From the NCBI GenBank assembly GCA_010093995.1, contig ML992520.1:1-64000 (forward strand): a stretch of 64,000 nucleotides of DNA. Reading direction: 5' to 3'. A program made the translations under genes and the position numbers. This DNA is from Elsinoe ampelina (taxonomy: Eukaryota). A model generated the notes under the pieces. The model did not search any database. It was given only the letters and a program-made list of their open reading frames with translations, and was not told the origin of the DNA. This document shows positions 62,299 to 64,000 of the stretch, one piece after another; positions within the stretch are counted from its first letter, which is position 1; every line of letters starts with the position of its first letter.

Positions 62299-62836
62299 GG
62301 CGAGGAGTGGGAAGTTGATCGTTGTTGGCTTACCGCACTAGCATAGAGCTGACAGCTGCTGATGCGTGACACCACTCAATGACCAGGAGCTGCTATCAGA
62401 TTGATATCCAGAGCTGCAAGATGGCTGCTGGTAGGACGTCGTTATATTGACTGCCAGAGTGTCGTCCTCGAGGATACCGGGCAATCATATAAACATCAAC
62501 TGACACTCATCTTAGTTTCTGATTTATCAGAACCCGTGAATCATTCTCGTCATGTACATCAACGGAACACTCATTCCGTCAGTCGGACCGACATGAGATC
62601 ATCGGCATTTCCCAATCGGGGTCGGGGCGCTTCACACTGCACATGACGAACTCCGAGGTCTGGCTTCATCTGTATTCTCAGAGATCTATCTCATCGCACC
62701 AGCATCGTACACTCCGAGCACAGCTGGCCTGTTTCAGCTTTGCATCACCGTCTCAACATTTGGATGATGGTCAATCCAGAATCCCCATTCATCCAACCTC
62801 GACGTAACGCTCGAGCATGCTCACCAGTTGGATGCC

Positions 62837-64000
62837 CTATCCCATCTGCTTCTGCAGAGCCTGACCAATGCGATACGATCCTATCACATCGGCAAAGTCA
62901 TTCATCATCTTCTCACCCGCATTCTGAATCCCTTGATACTTGGCCGGCGCAAACTTCTCAGCAACATAATCCCTGAACCAACATTAGTTTCGGTTCAAAT
63001 CATCTTCAACCAAGGGCTCGCTCACCACATCATCCTCTCACAGGCCAGCTTCTCTGCCCTGTCCTTGCCTTGAACAAAACAATCAATCACTTGCTGGATC
63101 CTCACCATAGCGACCAGATGCACATACTCCGCCCCATCGACATGGCTGGGCAATTTCTTCAGCCAGATCATGTGATGTTGGATCGAAAGCAGCGCCTTCT
63201 GAAATTCGGGCATCTTGGCCGCACTACCAGCCGGTGTGGTTGCTGACCAAAGACACGACGTCAATTTCCATCCCGTCATCCATGTAGAATAGGCAGCGAC
63301 GTTGGCGGACGAGTATTCCAGGTACATGGGGCATTCTTTCATTAGCTCAGAGGGGATCAAGCGGGTTTTTGCCATGTTGACCCATGCAAGATGTCCACTC
63401 AGAGCGAGGATGGCGAGTCTGAATTTCTGGGCTTGCTTCCCGCCCTTTTGTGACTTCTCGAAGTGTTCCTTCCAATTGGCATCGCCCAGGAAAATGTCAC
63501 GAGTAAGGTGACCCAGGCAGGTAAAAATCTGGTCGCTGCCGGGTTCATACTGCTTGAAGTGGTTGATGGCCTGGCTGTAGGTGAAATTGCGAACCTTGTC
63601 GGAGAAAGCCTTGTCTGCCTCGGCCTTTTGCAGCTCTTGCGATTCCGCTGCCTTGAGAGTTTCGTTGAGACATGTCTCATCTTTGTCGGCGTTTATCTTG
63701 GCTGCTTTCTTGTTGGCCTTTGCCCGAGCCTTCTTCGCCTTGTTCTTCTCAGTCTTGGTGAGAGATTGCGGTAGTGCGCTACCTTTGACTGCCTCTCCCT
63801 CGGCAGCGGCGCCGAGTGATTTGCCCTCGGTGACGCCCAAAGAAGATGTATCTAACACTTCTTCGGATGAGAGGATCGTGCTGGTGGTAGATCCGGCCAA
63901 CCCTCCAATGGCCTGGACATGGCTGGTGGTAGTTTCGTCCAGCCCTTCGGCGGCCGGGACCTCGAAGTCGACGGCCGGCTTGGGTGAGGGCGCCTGGTAG
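62837..64000 (-). CDS. Hypothetical protein, 5'-truncated by window end (intron 63025-62973)
   Basis: Frame open to 64000; Lys-rich segment KTEKNKAKKARAKANKK; intron GTGAGC..CTAAT..CAG extends the protein ...MMW-DYVAEKFAPAK...QKQMG* to 62837. Confidence 0.65.

Noticed and set aside
61162..62341. Long + strand and alternative-frame ORFs over the MFS gene
   Set aside because: Same skew artefact; only the - strand frame gives a 12-TM MFS protein.

Overview
Eukaryotic DNA from a filamentous ascomycete (Pezizomycotina; short ~50 nt GT-AG introns with CTRAC/CTAAT branch points; Dothideomycete-like is only an impression). About 20 host genes could be spliced together by eye. Conserved genes: WDR48/Duf1-like WD40, Spf31/DNAJC8 J-protein, TYW2/TRM12, Ssp120, Dad1, Rho4, sphingoid-phosphate phosphatase, cytoplasmic dynein heavy chain (with a GC-AG intron) and an MFS transporter. 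They are mixed with three paralog pairs (GT34-like glycosyltransferases, membrane-anchored arylsulfotransferases, Cys-rich secreted effector-like proteins) and a ~3,080-aa DUF3638/DUF3645-type P-loop protein. The most striking item is a complete 3.5 kb TA-flanked Tc1/IS630-type DNA transposon (17738-21252) with bipartite ~133 bp inverted repeats. It carries two convergent genes: an intron-containing DD34E transposase and a hidden ~695-codon second ORF (CCCH Zn-binding and SAM-like motifs). That ORF is broken only by nine TAA/TAG stops, the RIP signature, and appears in the ORF track only as fragments. The element sits between the two effector-like paralogs. Several sharp C/A-rich to G/T-rich strand-skew switches cut through coding sequence. 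Family assignments come from motif recognition, not database searches.
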